This document shows, piece after piece, positions 1 to 12,738 of a DNA stretch of 64,000 bases; within the stretch, counting starts at the first letter, position 1, and each line of letters opens with the position of its first letter. This DNA comes from Ruditapes philippinarum (Eukaryota), in the NCBI RefSeq assembly GCF_026571515.1, contig NW_026867008.1, forward strand, positions 1 through 64,000, written 5' to 3'. The notes beneath the pieces were generated by a model. It did no database searches, had not been told where the DNA came from, and worked only from the letters and a program-made list of their open reading frames with translations. Both the position numbers and the translations under genes were made by a program.

Positions 1-2000
1 TTGCATTGTTTTACTTGTTAATATCTTTGTTTGAAAAGAAAAAAATTTTTCTTTTCATTTTGGGGTTTTAATTATACTATTTTTATTTGTGTCAAAATTT
101 TTAAAACCCCATTTGTGAACAAACTAACTTGGGTTTTAATATATAATGTTGTTGGGGAAAAATAAATAATTTGCCCTTTAAAATTTCAAATTTGTTTTAA
201 ACTTTTTTATATTTTCCGTTTTTAAACTATTTTCAAAAAATTTTTGTTTTAAAAAATTTATTTAATATTTTTTTTTTTCTCAGCTTAAAAATTTTTCTTT
301 GTTAAATTTATCTATATTTGGTGTCAACTTATTCTATCATTTGTGTCAACTTTCTAAAAATTTGGTTTTCAATTTTTTACTACATTTGTTCAGTTTTTAC
401 TATATTTTCAGCTATTTAACAATTTGTGTCAATTATACTTCATTTTCTCCCTAAAAATTATTTTTGTCAACTTATTCTATCATTTGTGTCCTTATACTAT
501 CATTTGGTCAATTAACATTTTATTTGCTTTACTTATAACTATCTTTTTTGCCCGTTTATACTATATTTTGCCTTTTATACTATCATTTTTTCCCAAAAAA
601 AATACTATATTGTTAGTTTAATACTATCTTTGGGGTTCAACTTATACTAAAACAATTTGTTCACCAAACTTCATTTGTTCAAAAAATTATAAATTTGTGT
701 CAACTTATTTTTCTTTTCATTTTTTCAGCTTTTTACTTCATTTGTGTCAAATTTTTTTCTTTTCATTTGCAAACGCTTTTACTATCATTTGTGCAACTTA
801 AAAAATTTTTAAATTTTTTTCAAACCCAAATATTATTGTTTTCAACTTAACTATCCATTTGGGTCAGCTTTTAAATATCATTTGTGTCAAAAAATTTAAA
901 CTACAATTGCTTTAACCTTAATCATTTGGTGTCAAAAATTAAACTATCATTTTTTTTTATACAAAAATTTGGTTCATTTAAAATATATTTTTTTTTAAAT
1001 ATATTTGCATAAATTATAATATTTGTTTTTCAAAAAACTAAACAATTTTTCAAATATATTTTTATTAATTTATTTAACATTTTTTAAATTATATATATTT
1101 TTAATTTTTTAAAATTTTTTAAATTATACTATTTTGTGTCAGTTTATATAATTTTTAATTATTTTTTTTGTAAATTATAATATTTTTAATTATAATCAAA
1201 TTTTTGTAATTATATATATTGATAGTTTTTATTAATTTTGTTAAAAAAATTATACTGCAAATTTTAACCTAATTTTTTTCAATTATTATAATTTTTTTTT
1301 TTTTTTTTTGCATATTTCTATAAAATTTTTTAAATTTTTTTTTATAATGGTTAATTATATAAAAATTTTGTAATTTTAATATCATTGTTAATTATACTAT
1401 ATTTTTCAACTTATATATAAATTTTGGCATTTTTTTATTTTGAAATTTCTCATTTTTCATTTTTAAAATTTGGTTCAATTTTTCATTTTTGTTGCTTTTT
1501 TCTTCATTTTGCAGCTTATCTTCATTTGTTGGCAACTTATTTAAAACCATTTTTCATTTTTTAAAACTATCATTTTTTAAAAGGCAATTTTTTTAAATAA
1601 AAATTCATTTTTCATTAAAAATTTGGGCAGTTTATTTTTAAAATTGTGTCATTTTTCTTTTTTTGTTGTTAAAATTTTTCTATTTTTGAAATTCTATTTT
1701 TTTCATTTTTAAAGCAATTTTTGTTTTTTTAAAATTTCATTTTTATTTTTTAAAATTTTTCAATTTTTTCTATAAATTTGCTCAATTTTTTCTATTTTTG
1801 TTTCTTTTATTTTAAAGCATTTGTTTAATTTTTTCATTTTTTTCAAAATTAACTTTTTCAAAATTTGGGCCCCAATTTTAAAATTTAAAAATTTTCTCAA
1901 TTATTTCAAATTTTTTCATTTTTTGTTTCGAAAAGTTTTTAAAAAGAGCTTTTTTGTCTTTTTTAAAAATGTTAAGTTTTTCAAAAGCTTTTTCTGTTTT
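1..2000. repeat. Highly degenerate ~22-bp minisatellite (ttatactatcatttgtgtcaac) / low-complexity tract inside a WDR70 intron; probably noisy consensus
   Basis: Recurrent fragments 'ctatcatttgtgtcaactt' (e.g. ~335-352, ~478-510, ~782-800) buried in expanded A/T homopolymers. Confidence 0.6.
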
Positions 2001-2189
2001 CCATTGTGATTTGTGGTGCATGTGATGTGTATATGTTTTGTGCTTATGATTTCTTTATTGGTAAATTAGCGCAATTGAAATTTGCCCAAATAAATGCACT
2101 GACAAAATATTTTATCATTCTGAATGTTGTCTCTATCAATTTATTATAAGAAAACAACAATAAGTATGTATTGTGTTGCTTTGTTTCAG

Positions 2190-2274
2190 GAGATGATACT
2201 GTAAAACTCTGGGACATTAGAAATTTTAAAGAGCCATTAAAAGTAAAAACAGATCTTCCTAATTTCTTCCCAGT
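2190..2274 (+). CDS. WDR70: WD repeat-containing protein 70 (Gad-1 homolog), internal exon; upstream exons lie outside the window
   Basis: ttttcag|...|gtaagt boundaries; encodes (G)DDTVKLWDIRNFKEPLKVKTDLPNFFP, matching the WDR70 'DDxxKLWDIR' WD repeat; phase compatible with next exon. Confidence 0.9.
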
Positions 2275-2892
2275 GTAAGTTTTTTCCTATGAAAAAGATT
2301 ATGGAATTTAAAGACATAGAAAACAAATTGTACTGATCCTTGTAAAAGAACTAAAATGTAGAACTAAAGAAATTAAAGCTTTGTATTAATCCTTAAATCT
2401 TTCTCATATTAATATTTTCATATAATATCATTATAAAATATCATTATATAATATCATTATAAAAATGTAGCTGTAAATATAGACATTGCAGTAGATACTT
2501 ACATAATCTGCTTGCTGCTGTTAATGTTTTGAATGAAATATTAGTGACATCTTGTTGTACTAGAATAATACAATATATGATGGTACATCTGAATAATAAT
2601 TTTCACTGTAACATTCTAGATAAAGGTGTTATATATTTGTTTTACTAAAAATGTACAATGTACTACATTCTGTATTTAACTTGGCTGAGAATCGCAGGTT
2701 TTCATACTCTATACAAAGTTAGCAAGTTATTTTTGGGTTGTTTTTTATGGAACTTCATATTTCATTCATCGCTGAGGGTATTCGTGTCAAAATTTACATG
2801 TGTATTCAGAATTATAATTTATAATTGCAAGGAACTGTCTAGGAGCCATAGAAAAGTGTGAAAGTAACATTTAAAAAGGAATTTTATTTCAG

Positions 2893-3031
2893 TACAGACT
2901 GTTTGTTTAGTCCTGATGACCAATTGATTGTGACAGGTGTCTCAGTAAAGAAGAATGAGGGTAAAGGGAAGTTACTCTTCCTGGATAGAGAATCTCTAGA
3001 TGTAATGACACAACTTGAAGTGTCTGATACA
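2893..3031 (+). CDS. WDR70: WDR70 exon
   Basis: tttcag|...|gtaagt; TDCLFSPDDQLIVTGVSVKKNEGKGKLLFLDRESLDVMTQLEVSDT (WDR70 'TDCxFSPDDxLIVTG'). Confidence 0.92.
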
Positions 3032-3487
3032 GTAAGTTTTATTTTTTTACTTGTTTACTTGCATATTTTAATGTTTCATTATTTAAGACTAGAGGTTGAA
3101 TATTTTTTAACCATATCTTTATTATAAACTTTTGTTAATGCAAATAGAAGTATAAGTGAATAAATGTTTTATTGAAACACATTTCCATGCTACTTTCCTA
3201 GATGTTTGATAAATGAATGGCCACTTTATTTTTAGAAGGAAAAGTAGAACTGCTTGTTTTCAGAAGTCTTAAATAAAAAGAATGATTTTTCACTTCTGTT
3301 CCTTATTCTGCATAGTTGATATATATTTTCAGGGACAGTTTTTCTGCAAAATAAAATTTCTTCTATTCAAATAAAGTTAAATTTCCCTTAAAGTAGAGAA
3401 TCACTAATTTAAAATACGATGAGATGTATGATGAGATAAAATTATAAATGTTTATTGAAATAGAAATGTTTATTTTATACTGTACAG

Positions 3488-3588
3488 AGTGTTGTACGCT
3501 GTATCTGGCATCCACGTCTTAATCAGTTTGTAGTGGGATGTGGTGACGGCAAGGCATATCTTTACTATGATGAACAAAAGAGTCATAG
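3488..3588 (+). CDS. WDR70: WDR70 exon
   Basis: tacag|...|gtataa; SVVRCIWHPRLNQFVVGCGDGKAYLYYDEQKSHR (WDR70 'SVVRCxWHPxLNQ'). Confidence 0.92.
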
Positions 3589-3877
3589 GTATAAACAATT
3601 AGTTACTTATGTATTTTACATCTTAATTGTTTGTCTGGTTTTTTAGCCTATTTCAACAATTTTGGTCCTGTCTCAGTGGTCAGTCTATTTAACCAACTTT
3701 CTTGGATAACAAACCATTAATTATCAAATATCTTGAGAATAGAACTAAGGACCCTAGATTACAAATCCAGTGTTCTCAATATTGAGCTTGCAATTATAAA
3801 ACAAACTGAGGAAGACAAACTTGTAAATGAATCAGGACTTACAACATATTTATCTGAACTAAGAATCAATATTGAAA

Positions 3878-3998
3878 GGGAGCAGTGGTCTAGTGATAAA
3901 GCTATCTGCCTCTCAACCCAGGGATCATGTGTTCGAACCATGTGGAGGTTACAACCAGCACTGGTTGGTTTCAGTTTACAGACTTGAGAGTGGTTCAT
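3878..3998 (+). mobile_element. Degenerate tRNA-derived SINE
   Basis: A-box-like gtggtctagtg, B-box-like gttcgaacc, then 'actggttggtt...agacttgagagtg' shared with the SINE at 19245-19430. Confidence 0.6.
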
Positions 3999-4247
3999 AT
4001 ATGTTAAAAAAGATTTAATATATTTTATGTTTACACAAATTAAAAAAAACTTGTCATAATTTGAAGAACAAATGTAGTGTTGCCCAGCTTAAGATTATCT
4101 TTGTTCTTTTTCTGGCACATGTTTTATTTCTGTTGTAGTTTCATTAAAGCGTCATATTAATAAATACAAAATTCTCTGTTTCTTTTATAATTGTTGTATT
4201 TGCCTACATTTAGACATTATATAATGTAAAGTGTTTAATTTTGACAG

Positions 4248-4327
4248 AGGAGCAAAACTTTGTGTTGCGAAGAAACCATCAAAAGTGAAACAGATGGAGA
4301 TAGTTGCACATAGACAGATTATTACAC
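4248..4327 (+). CDS. WDR70: WDR70 exon
   Basis: gacag|...|gttagt; GAKLCVAKKPSKVKQMEIVAHRQIIT(P). Confidence 0.9.
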
Positions 4328-4558
4328 GTTAGTTTTTACTTGTTTTATATCAGCATAGATTTTTACACGTTACTTTTTACATGTTTTATATCAGCATAGA
4401 CTATTACACGTTAGTTTAACATGTTTATATCGCCATAATTTATACACATTGCCTTTATATGTTCTTCAACAGCATGGATTATTACACATTAGTTTTTTCT
4501 ACATCTTGTAATTCAGCATAGATTATTACACCTTAGTTTTTACATGCTTTATATCAAC
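4317..4558. repeat. ~41-bp tandem repeat (~6 copies) whose first unit spans the WDR70 exon end and 5' splice site
   Basis: Unit gattattacacgttagtttttacatgttttatatcagcata; GT donor-like copies at 4328, 4369, 4410. Confidence 0.8.
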
Positions 4559-4559
4559 A

Positions 4560-4720
4560 AATGTCCTAGAACCTCGATCTCCATAACTATTAAAGGTATT
4601 CACTTGAAACTTTATACATCTATTAGGTATCATAATTGGAGGTCACTTTCCAAGGCCCATAACTCTGACATGGAATTTGACTGAATTATTACTTTTTGAT
4701 TTAAAAAAATTCTTTGGTTT
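4560..4720. mobile_element. Fragment of Helentron/HINE-type internal repeat
   Basis: 'ccataact...cttgaaactt...ggcccataactctgaca' motifs shared with the element at 14102-14688. Confidence 0.4.
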
Positions 4721-4879
4721 AAGTTTTGCTTGCAAAATTAATGTATCATAAAACTACTGAAACATGAATGAATAATTTGGACACAGTTTGATCATTTCCC
4801 TTCAATAATATTTAAACATGATTAATGATAGAGATGTATTTAACTAACATCTAGCATTATTGTTTTGCACTGATTTCAG

Positions 4880-4996
4880 CATATGCACTACCAATGTTTA
4901 GACAACAGAGAGAATCTAGTACAAAGAAACAAGAAGAGAGAGCTCGAAGAGATCCAACAAAATCTCACAGACCTGATTTACCAATATATGGACCAG
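4880..4996 (+). CDS. WDR70: WDR70 exon
   Basis: tttcag|...|gtaatc; (P)YALPMFRQQRESSTKKQEERARRDPTKSHRPDLPIYGP(G). Confidence 0.92.
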
Positions 4997-5020
4997 GTAA
5001 TCTCCTTGCTATAAACCTAA

Positions 5021-6347
5021 TCTACCAATACATGGATATAAAAGTAAAATATTTCTTTTTGATAGTTCTATTATGTACTACTAACAGTTATCTACTAATA
5101 CATGGACATATAAGTAAAATATTTCTCTTTGATAGTTCCATTATGTACTGGTAACAGTTATCTACCAATACATGGACTTATAAGTAAAATATTTCTCTTT
5201 GATAGTTCCATTATGTATTAGTAACAGTTATCTACCAATACATGGACTTATAAGTAAAATATTTCTCTTTGATAGTTCCATTATGTACTGGTAACAGTTA
5301 TCTACCAATACATGGACTTATAAGTAAAATATTTCTCTTTGATAGTTCCATTATGTACTGGTAACAGTTATCTACCAATACATGGACTTATAAGTAAAAT
5401 ATTTCTCTTTGATAGTTCCATTATGTACTGGTAACAGTTATCTACCAATACATGGACTTATAAGTAAAATATTTCTCTTTGATAGTTCCATTATGTACTG
5501 GTAACAGTTATCTACCAATACATGGACTTATAAGTAAAATATTTCTCTTTGATAGTTCTGTAATGTACTGGTATCAGTTATCTACCAATACATGGACTTA
5601 TAAGTAAAATATTTCTCTTTGATAGTTCCATTATGTACTGGTAACAGTTATCTACCAATACATGGACTTATAAGTAAAATATTTCTCTTTGATAGTTCCA
5701 TTATGTATAAGTAACAGTTATCTACCAATACATGGACTTATAAGTAAAATATTTCTCTTTGATAGTTCTGTAATGTACTGGTAACAGTTATCTACCAATA
5801 CATGGACTTATAAGTAAAATATTTCTCTTTGATAGTTCCATTATGTATTAGTAACAGTTATCTACCAATACATGGACTTATAAGTAAAATATTTCTCTTT
5901 GATAGTTCTGTAATGTACTGGTAACAGTTATCTACCAATACATGGACTTATAAGTAAAATATTTCTCTTTGATAGTTCCATTATGTACTGGTAACAGTTA
6001 TCTACCAATACATGGACTTATAAGTAAAATATTTCTCTTTGATAGTTCCATTATGTATTAGTAACAGTTATCTACCAATACATGGACTTATAAGTAAAAT
6101 ATTTCTCTTTGATAGTTCCATTATGTACTGGTAACAGTTATCTACCAATACATGGACTTATAAGTAAAATATTTCTCTTTGATAGTTCTGTAATGTACTG
6201 GTAACAGTTATCTACCAATACATGAACTTATAAGTAAAATATTTCTCTTTGATAGTTCCATTATGTACTAGTAACAGTTATCTACCAATACATGGACTTA
6301 TAAGTAAAATATTTCTCTTTGAAAGTTCCATTATGTATTAGTAACAG
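5021..6347. repeat. 70-bp intronic minisatellite, ~19 near-identical copies
   Basis: Unit tctaccaatacatggacttataagtaaaatatttctctttgatagttccattatgtactggtaacagtta, with starts at 5021, 5091, 5161, 5231... Confidence 0.97.
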
Positions 6348-6729
6348 ACATGCCTGACTTGAAATTAAAGTTGTTGTATTTTAGTTACTTTATATCAAAC
6401 TTGATTTATCTTGTCTCAAGCTCTTGTATGATGATTCTGGTAAGATTTTAGTAATTTTATTCAGATACTTGTAATATGTTATTCCTTTCAATTGATAAAT
6501 TTGATGGTATGTGTTATTTTATTATTTTGTTAATCAATTGTTCGTAAATCTTTCACTTGTGTTTTGTTTGTAGACCATTTTGTTTATAGGATGAAAACCT
6601 ACAAGTTAAACTATATGCAGCCCAGGTTATTTTTTCATTCTAAATGGCTGAGGAATTGTAAAGACTGGCAGTTAAACCAGATATTCAGTTTTTGTCATTT
6701 TGTTACTATAAGATGGACATATATTTCAG

Positions 6730-6898
6730 GATCTGGAGGTCGCTTGGCCAATAAAGGTGGAACTTTGTCCCAGTATGTTGTACAGACATTAGTTGTGAAG
6801 AAAGAAGACCCATATGAAGATAATCCAAGGGAAGCTATTCTAAGACATGCAAAAGTTGCTGAGGAAAATCCACTTTATGTTGCTCCTGCTTATAAAAA
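6730..6898 (+). CDS. WDR70: WDR70 exon
   Basis: tttcag|...|gtatga; SGGRLANKGGTLSQYVV...DNPREAILRHAKVAEENPLYVAPAYK (conserved WDR70 C-terminal 'PREAILRHA'). Confidence 0.93.
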
Positions 6899-7319
6899 GT
6901 ATGATAAATGTTTGATTGAAATGTTGTCTTTGTATGAAATGTTTGTGTTTACAGCAGATTTAAACCTTGAAATGTTAACATAATAACTTTTGTAAGGTGC
7001 ATAAAACATAACTATTATTATATCATTCTATCCTTACAATGTTAAATAAAACTGTTTAATGTTATAACTTGGATTTAAGAGTTGTAAATAACTAAATATT
7101 AACACTAGTAAAGATAAGTTTTCTTGAAGCAGAAAAAATTGTAAAGCAAAAAGATCTGTACCCACGTCAGAGATAACTCCATCTGTTATATTGTTCAATG
7201 TACAGCCTTCCTTTAAGGAATAGAAACTACAAGTCATCCTGTGATTATATATTAGTTCTTAAGGACAGAGCGTAACTGATTGAAAAAGATCAGATTTCCC
7301 TTTAGGTATAATTTAAGGC

Positions 7320-7445
7320 ACTAGAGGAAGTCTGCTAGTTTAGCTGGATAGCTCCTTTACAAATATGAAAGCAAGTCAAAGCAACAGCAATAAGGGTCAA
7401 GTGGTTAAAACTAAGCAACCTGAGTCGCTTGGCCACAGACTCCCC
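7320..7445 (-). mobile_element. Degenerate tRNA-derived SINE (Meta-type), 5' part
   Basis: Minus strand reads ggggagtctgtggccaagcgactcaggttgct...accacttgaccctta...ggagctatccagcta, the same architecture as copies at 12715-12931 and 61365-61530. Confidence 0.5.
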
Positions 7446-7727
7446 CTCCCCTCCACACACTCTCATTTATCATTTAAATAAGGATTATAATGATATTAAA
7501 GGCAATAATATTAGCAAAGTGTAAAGTCATTGCAAACTGTAGGCAGTTTCTGTATTATAGTACTGTACAGGAGTTTTGTACTTGTATAGGTGTTACTGAA
7601 TGTCGACATTTGACAGTTTATCCTGGTTGTGAACAAAACATATATTCAATGTATTTATATATATGTACTGTATACACTATATTGTATTGAACTACAAATA
7701 TAAAAGTGATAAATGATATGATTTCAG

Positions 7728-7818
7728 AACACAGCCAGTACCAATATTTCAAGGTGAAGAGAAGGAAGTGGAGGAAGAAGATATACAGCCACCTTGGAAG
7801 AAAACCAAAAAGTCATAG
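7728..7818 (+). CDS. WDR70: WDR70 terminal coding exon
   Basis: tttcag| TQPVPIFQGEEKEVEEEDIQPPWKKTKKS* (TAG 7816-7818); all seven exon phases are mutually consistent. Confidence 0.9.
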
Positions 7819-8576
7819 CAAACATGTGTAAACATAGGACAAACAAATGATAGAATAAAATCTCTTGCTGGATAAGATGTTTTAAATGAAATGTCTACTT
7901 AAAGACTGATTTTATGTTGTACAAATCAGTCACTGGATGTTTTAACCAACAAGAAATGACACACTAAACATACATTTCAATTGTTTAAAGTGTAAGAGGG
8001 TTTCAAATGCTGGAAACTTGACTGTCAGATCTTGTTTAAGGCCCAGAGTGACTTATTATGTTTATCTATCCAACTGTCAGTGTGGCTGCTCAGTATTTCT
8101 TGAATTACTAGAGGAATCTTTGTAAAAATTAGGCGAAATGTTTATCTCTTAAGATTAACTGTTGAACACAGATTTTGTAACTAAGGTAACATTTCAATAT
8201 AAAGAATTTGAGCCATGAATTTATTGTCTTTGTTATATCTATTTAACCTTTGTTAGGATATTCATCATAGGCTTGAACAATTTGTATCACTCACATATCA
8301 AATACTTTGTTTATGAGTTTAACATATAAAACGTTTTAGCATCTTTAGCATCAGATTCATATAGAATACTCAATAGGGCTTTTTGGAGAGTTAAATTCTT
8401 AAATTTTAGAATAGCCTAAAAAGTAGTCACAATTATTGGTCCAAAATTAAACTATAAAGTTATAGTAGATCCTATATCTAAGGATAAACATGATACTTGT
8501 GTCAAATGTGTATGTAAGTGAAACACCATGGAGAGCCAGTATTGTTTGCACTACCGTTGCAGTTTTAGGGATAATA

Positions 8577-9601
8577 TGAGGGGTGTTTCAGAATTAATGC
8601 AACTTCACTTAAATATCATCAGAAACATGCAGTATTAATTTTTCAAATCAAAATCAACATTTCATAAAAATCTTTTTTTTTTATACATAAGTTATTACAT
8701 CACACTACATGTAAATATAGTCAGTGAAATGAAGTCATAGAAATACAGAAACTTGATTCAGATGGGAGAACTTCCAAATACTGTTTTCACTTATAACCAT
8801 ATGTAGAAACAAGGAACCACTCAATGAAGATTTACACTAATTTTCTAGGCTTGTCTCTCTAGCAGTTCATCAACACTGATTCATTTTATTTTGAAGAAGG
8901 AACTGAAAGAAAATATTTGTTCCTGATATATGGGTGATGTTGGTCTAACAGTTATAGTGTCTGTACAGTAAAGATAATAAAAGTTATTTTCTGAAACTGG
9001 CACTGAAACCTATGTACATTTTGAGAAGATTTGCAAAGGTTCTATTTAGATCTGGGAGATCACTAATTGGCTGTGAATTAACAACTGTTAAAATTTCATA
9101 CCAAAATGAATATTCCATACATGGTTTCAAAGTTACCATCTTGTTCTGTCACCATTAAAGATGTTGAACACATAATATTTAATGATAATAGGTGGCAAAA
9201 TAAATGTATGACAAACATTTCCTTTTTCTGTGACAACACTTTATGGCTAACACAAGACTTAATTAAGACTTGTTTGAGGAAAACGAAGAAGGGTATCAAA
9301 TATATCAACTAATTCTCAACACCAGACTTTTGTGAACATTTCCTTGCTCTGTTAAATAAGTTCTTTGGGTGTTATGTAGATGTTATAGCTCCCATAGCAG
9401 TCAGCTTGGGATTTTCAAGTGTCTGGTATATGTAGGATAAACCATTCGGGGACAATAAAAATGTACTTTTACAATAAAAGAATTATAACTTTGTATACAG
9501 GCAAAACAGGAGCAATTTATTGTGAATTAAGTATACAATTTGTAAGTTGTCAAGAGAAAAGTTGACAAGGTTAAGTTGCATTAGTTCTAAAACAACCCTG
9601 G
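8577..9601. mobile_element. Non-autonomous Tc1/mariner-like element
   Basis: ~28-bp TIRs (gaggggtgtttcagaattaatgcaactt vs revcomp cagggttgttttagaactaatgcaactt, 24/28) flanked by TA on both sides; no intact transposase ORF. Confidence 0.65.
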
Positions 9602-10582
9602 TAAATGTTTCAGGCAAATTTTGAGTCTCCTTTATATATCTAGAACTGCTTAATAATTATGATACTTTGGTCATTTAAATGACATAAAGAATGTATCTTT
9701 GTAAGGTCAAGATCTAATCTCTGACCAATATAAGTTCTGATGTTTATTCCACATTCCCTAAACTCATGAGGGATATTAATGACACTTGAGCCAACTGTTG
9801 GAGACAATTGGTAGATCCCTAATTGATATTGATGGAATTACTGGCTTTTCAAGTGTATATAAAATACTGTATAAAACAAATATTGCATAAAAACTGTGCG
9901 TGCAGGATACATGTACTCATAAATAGCAGAGAAAACAAGCATTAATGGATAGAATCTCACCAGCATCTGTTATAAGGACCCCTGTAGTTACATTATCAAA
10001 ACATAACTGTCAAACGACATAGCTCTAGCATGTGAAAATCATAACATAATCAGTTTTCATATGAAAAAACAAATAACTGGAAACGTTGAATTACCAAAAC
10101 AGACACAATTATCTGGGTTTTTTTATGCAAGATAAGCATTAACATCTGCATAAGCCCTCAGTCTTATTAGATCATTTGCTCTATGGGATCATGCTTTAAA
10201 TATGTCCTCATTCTGCTATAGGTGTTCATGCATGACAAGTGCATTAACCTTATATTTGTTAATCACTTTTCCTTAATGTATACTTGTATCTATTAGCAAA
10301 ATACTGACCAATTCCACATTTAGTTTTCTTTACAAGTTTTGTACCCTTCAAGGCAACCTTTTTTATGAAATCTAGTTAACAAGATTCTTTAAACTAATAG
10401 CAACAATTTGGATAAATTTGAAAAAACTTTATCACCTGCAAAATCATTCTTGCACAATTGATAGTCCTTGAATATATTCTCCTTCCTTCATTGAACTATT
10501 GTCATATTATTTAATTAAAGTGATGATCAGTAATGAAACTTGGGTTAAAATATAACCTCTTGTCATTTACTTCAATACCTAC

Positions 10583-11040
10583 TAGGGGTGTAACAATACA
10601 GCAAAAACCATATTGCAATATATTGCCATTTTGCAGAAGTGTATTGCAATACATATTGTCATGTATATGTTTTTATGTAAAGATGGGGTAACAATAAACA
10701 TTATATATTATTATAAGGGGAAACTTAATAAGAATGTACGGACTAAACAGATAGTTAAGTGTCACACAATTTGATAAACACATCTTTCACATCTGAGCCG
10801 CTTATGTAAATTATGCGGCCGCTTATTGACTTTTAAGTGTACTAGTTGTCGGATATTTTTATCTTACGTTGGTGCCAATAAAATTTGCCAATTAAAGATT
10901 TTATGTGAAATTTGTACAAAATTAGAAGGCAATTAATTGAAAATAATGATTTTATAGAATACCGGTTTTCCAAAAATTATTATAATGTCACTGAATTTTT
11001 TTATCATATATCGGTATACCGATAAACCTTTACACCCTTA
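10583..11040. mobile_element. hAT-like MITE
   Basis: TIRs taggggtgtaac / revcomp taagggtgtaaa; degenerate 8-bp TSD atacctac vs atactaac. Confidence 0.6.
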
Positions 11041-11339
11041 ATACTAACATTGAATTTTAACATGTTAATGCACATTGATCAGTTTTATTTATAACGTCTA
11101 AAGGTCAAATTCACTTTAACCTGCAAACACGAAACATAAAATTGATTATAGAAGACAATGTGCATTAACCTAGAAACCTCAAACTTTGTAACTAATTTAT
11201 TAACTGTATAGATGCACCTTGACAAAGCCTACCCACCATACCCATTTTGGGTCACAAGATCAAGGATTAACTATCCAGCTTTTTTAAACACTTTTATTAA
11301 GTTTCTGTTAGCAAGTTAGTTTTTTCCAAAACTGCTGCT

Positions 11340-12738
11340 CTGGGCTCTATTGAAAGGTGGTTATAGTTTCTGCCTGGGCTTATGGTCACTGACTGGGCTC
11401 TTATAATGGGAGTTTTTATGGTCACTGACTGGGCTCATATAATGGGAGTGTCGATGGTCACTGACTGGGCTCTATGAGAGAATGGTAATGGTTGCTGACT
11501 GGGCTCTATTGGGAGAATGGTTATGGTCACTGACTGGGCTCTATTGGGAGAATGGTTATGGTCACTGACTGGGCTCTATTTGGGAGAATGGTTATGGTCA
11601 CTGACTTGGCTCTATTGGGAGAATGGTTATGGTCACTGACTGGGCTCTATTGGGAGAATGGTTATGGTCACTGACTGGGCTCTATTGGGAGAATGGTTAT
11701 GGTCACTGACTGGACTCTATGAGAGAATGGTTATGGTCACAGACTGGCTCTATGGGGAGAATGGTTATGGTCACTGACTGGGCTCTATTGGGAGAATGGT
11801 TATGGTCACAGACTGGGCTCTATTGGGAGAATGGTTATGGTCACTGACTGGGCTCTATTGGGAGAATGGTTATGGTCACTGACTGGGCTCTATTGGGAGA
11901 ATGGTTATGGTCACTGACTGGGCTCTATGGGAGAATGGTTATGGTCACTGACTGGGCTCTATGAGAGAATGGTAATGGTCGCTGACTGGGCTCTATTGGA
12001 GAATGGTTATGGTCACTGACTGGGCTCTATTGGGAGAATGGTTATGGTCACTGACTGGGCTCTATTGGGAGAATGGTTATGGTCACTGACTGGCTCTATT
12101 GGGAGAATGGTTATGGTCACTGACGGAGAATGGTTATGGTTGCTGACTGGGCTCTATTGGGAGAATGGTTATGGTCACTGACTGGACTCTATGAGAGAAT
12201 GGTTATGGTCACAGACTGGGCTCTATGGGGAGAATGGTTATGGTCACTGACTGGGCTCTATGGGAGAATGGTTATGGTCACTGACTGGGCTCTATTGGGA
12301 GAATGGTTATGGTCACTGACTGGGCTCTATTGGGAGAATGGTTATGGTCACTGACTGGGCTCTATCGGGAGAATGGTTATGGTCACAGACTGGGCTCGAC
12401 TGGGCTCTATGAGAGAATGGTAATGGTCACTGACTGGACTCTATGGGAGGTTGGTTACGGTTGCTGACTGGGCTCTTTTGGTAGAATGGTTATGGTCACT
12501 GACTGGGCTCTATTGGGAGAATGGTTATGGTCACAGACTGGGCTCTATTGGGAGAATGGTTATGGTCACTGACTGGGCTCTATTGGGAAAATGGTTATGG
12601 TCACTGACTGGGCTCTTTTGGGAGAATGGTTATGGTCACAGACTGGGCTCTTTTGGGAGAATGGTTATGGTCACTGACTGGGCTCTATTGGGAGAATGGT
12701 TATGGTTGCTGACTGGGCTCTATGGGAGAATGGTTTAA
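11340..12738 (+). repeat. 35-bp tandem repeat (~40 copies), apparently derived from a SINE tRNA head
   Basis: Unit gggctctattgggagaatggttatggtcactgact; last unit runs directly into SINE body. Confidence 0.95.

Noticed and set aside
424-2009. F/K/L-rich ORFs
   Set aside because: Low-complexity, probably noisy sequence within an intron
8760-9460. Transposase remnant inside the mariner-like element
   Set aside because: No DDE/D or HTH motifs recognisable in the frames read
11340-12738. CRISPR-like arrays (35-bp, 27/28-bp and 39-bp repeats)
   Set aside because: Units are head-to-tail with no unique spacers, there are no cas genes, and the context is spliced eukaryotic genes
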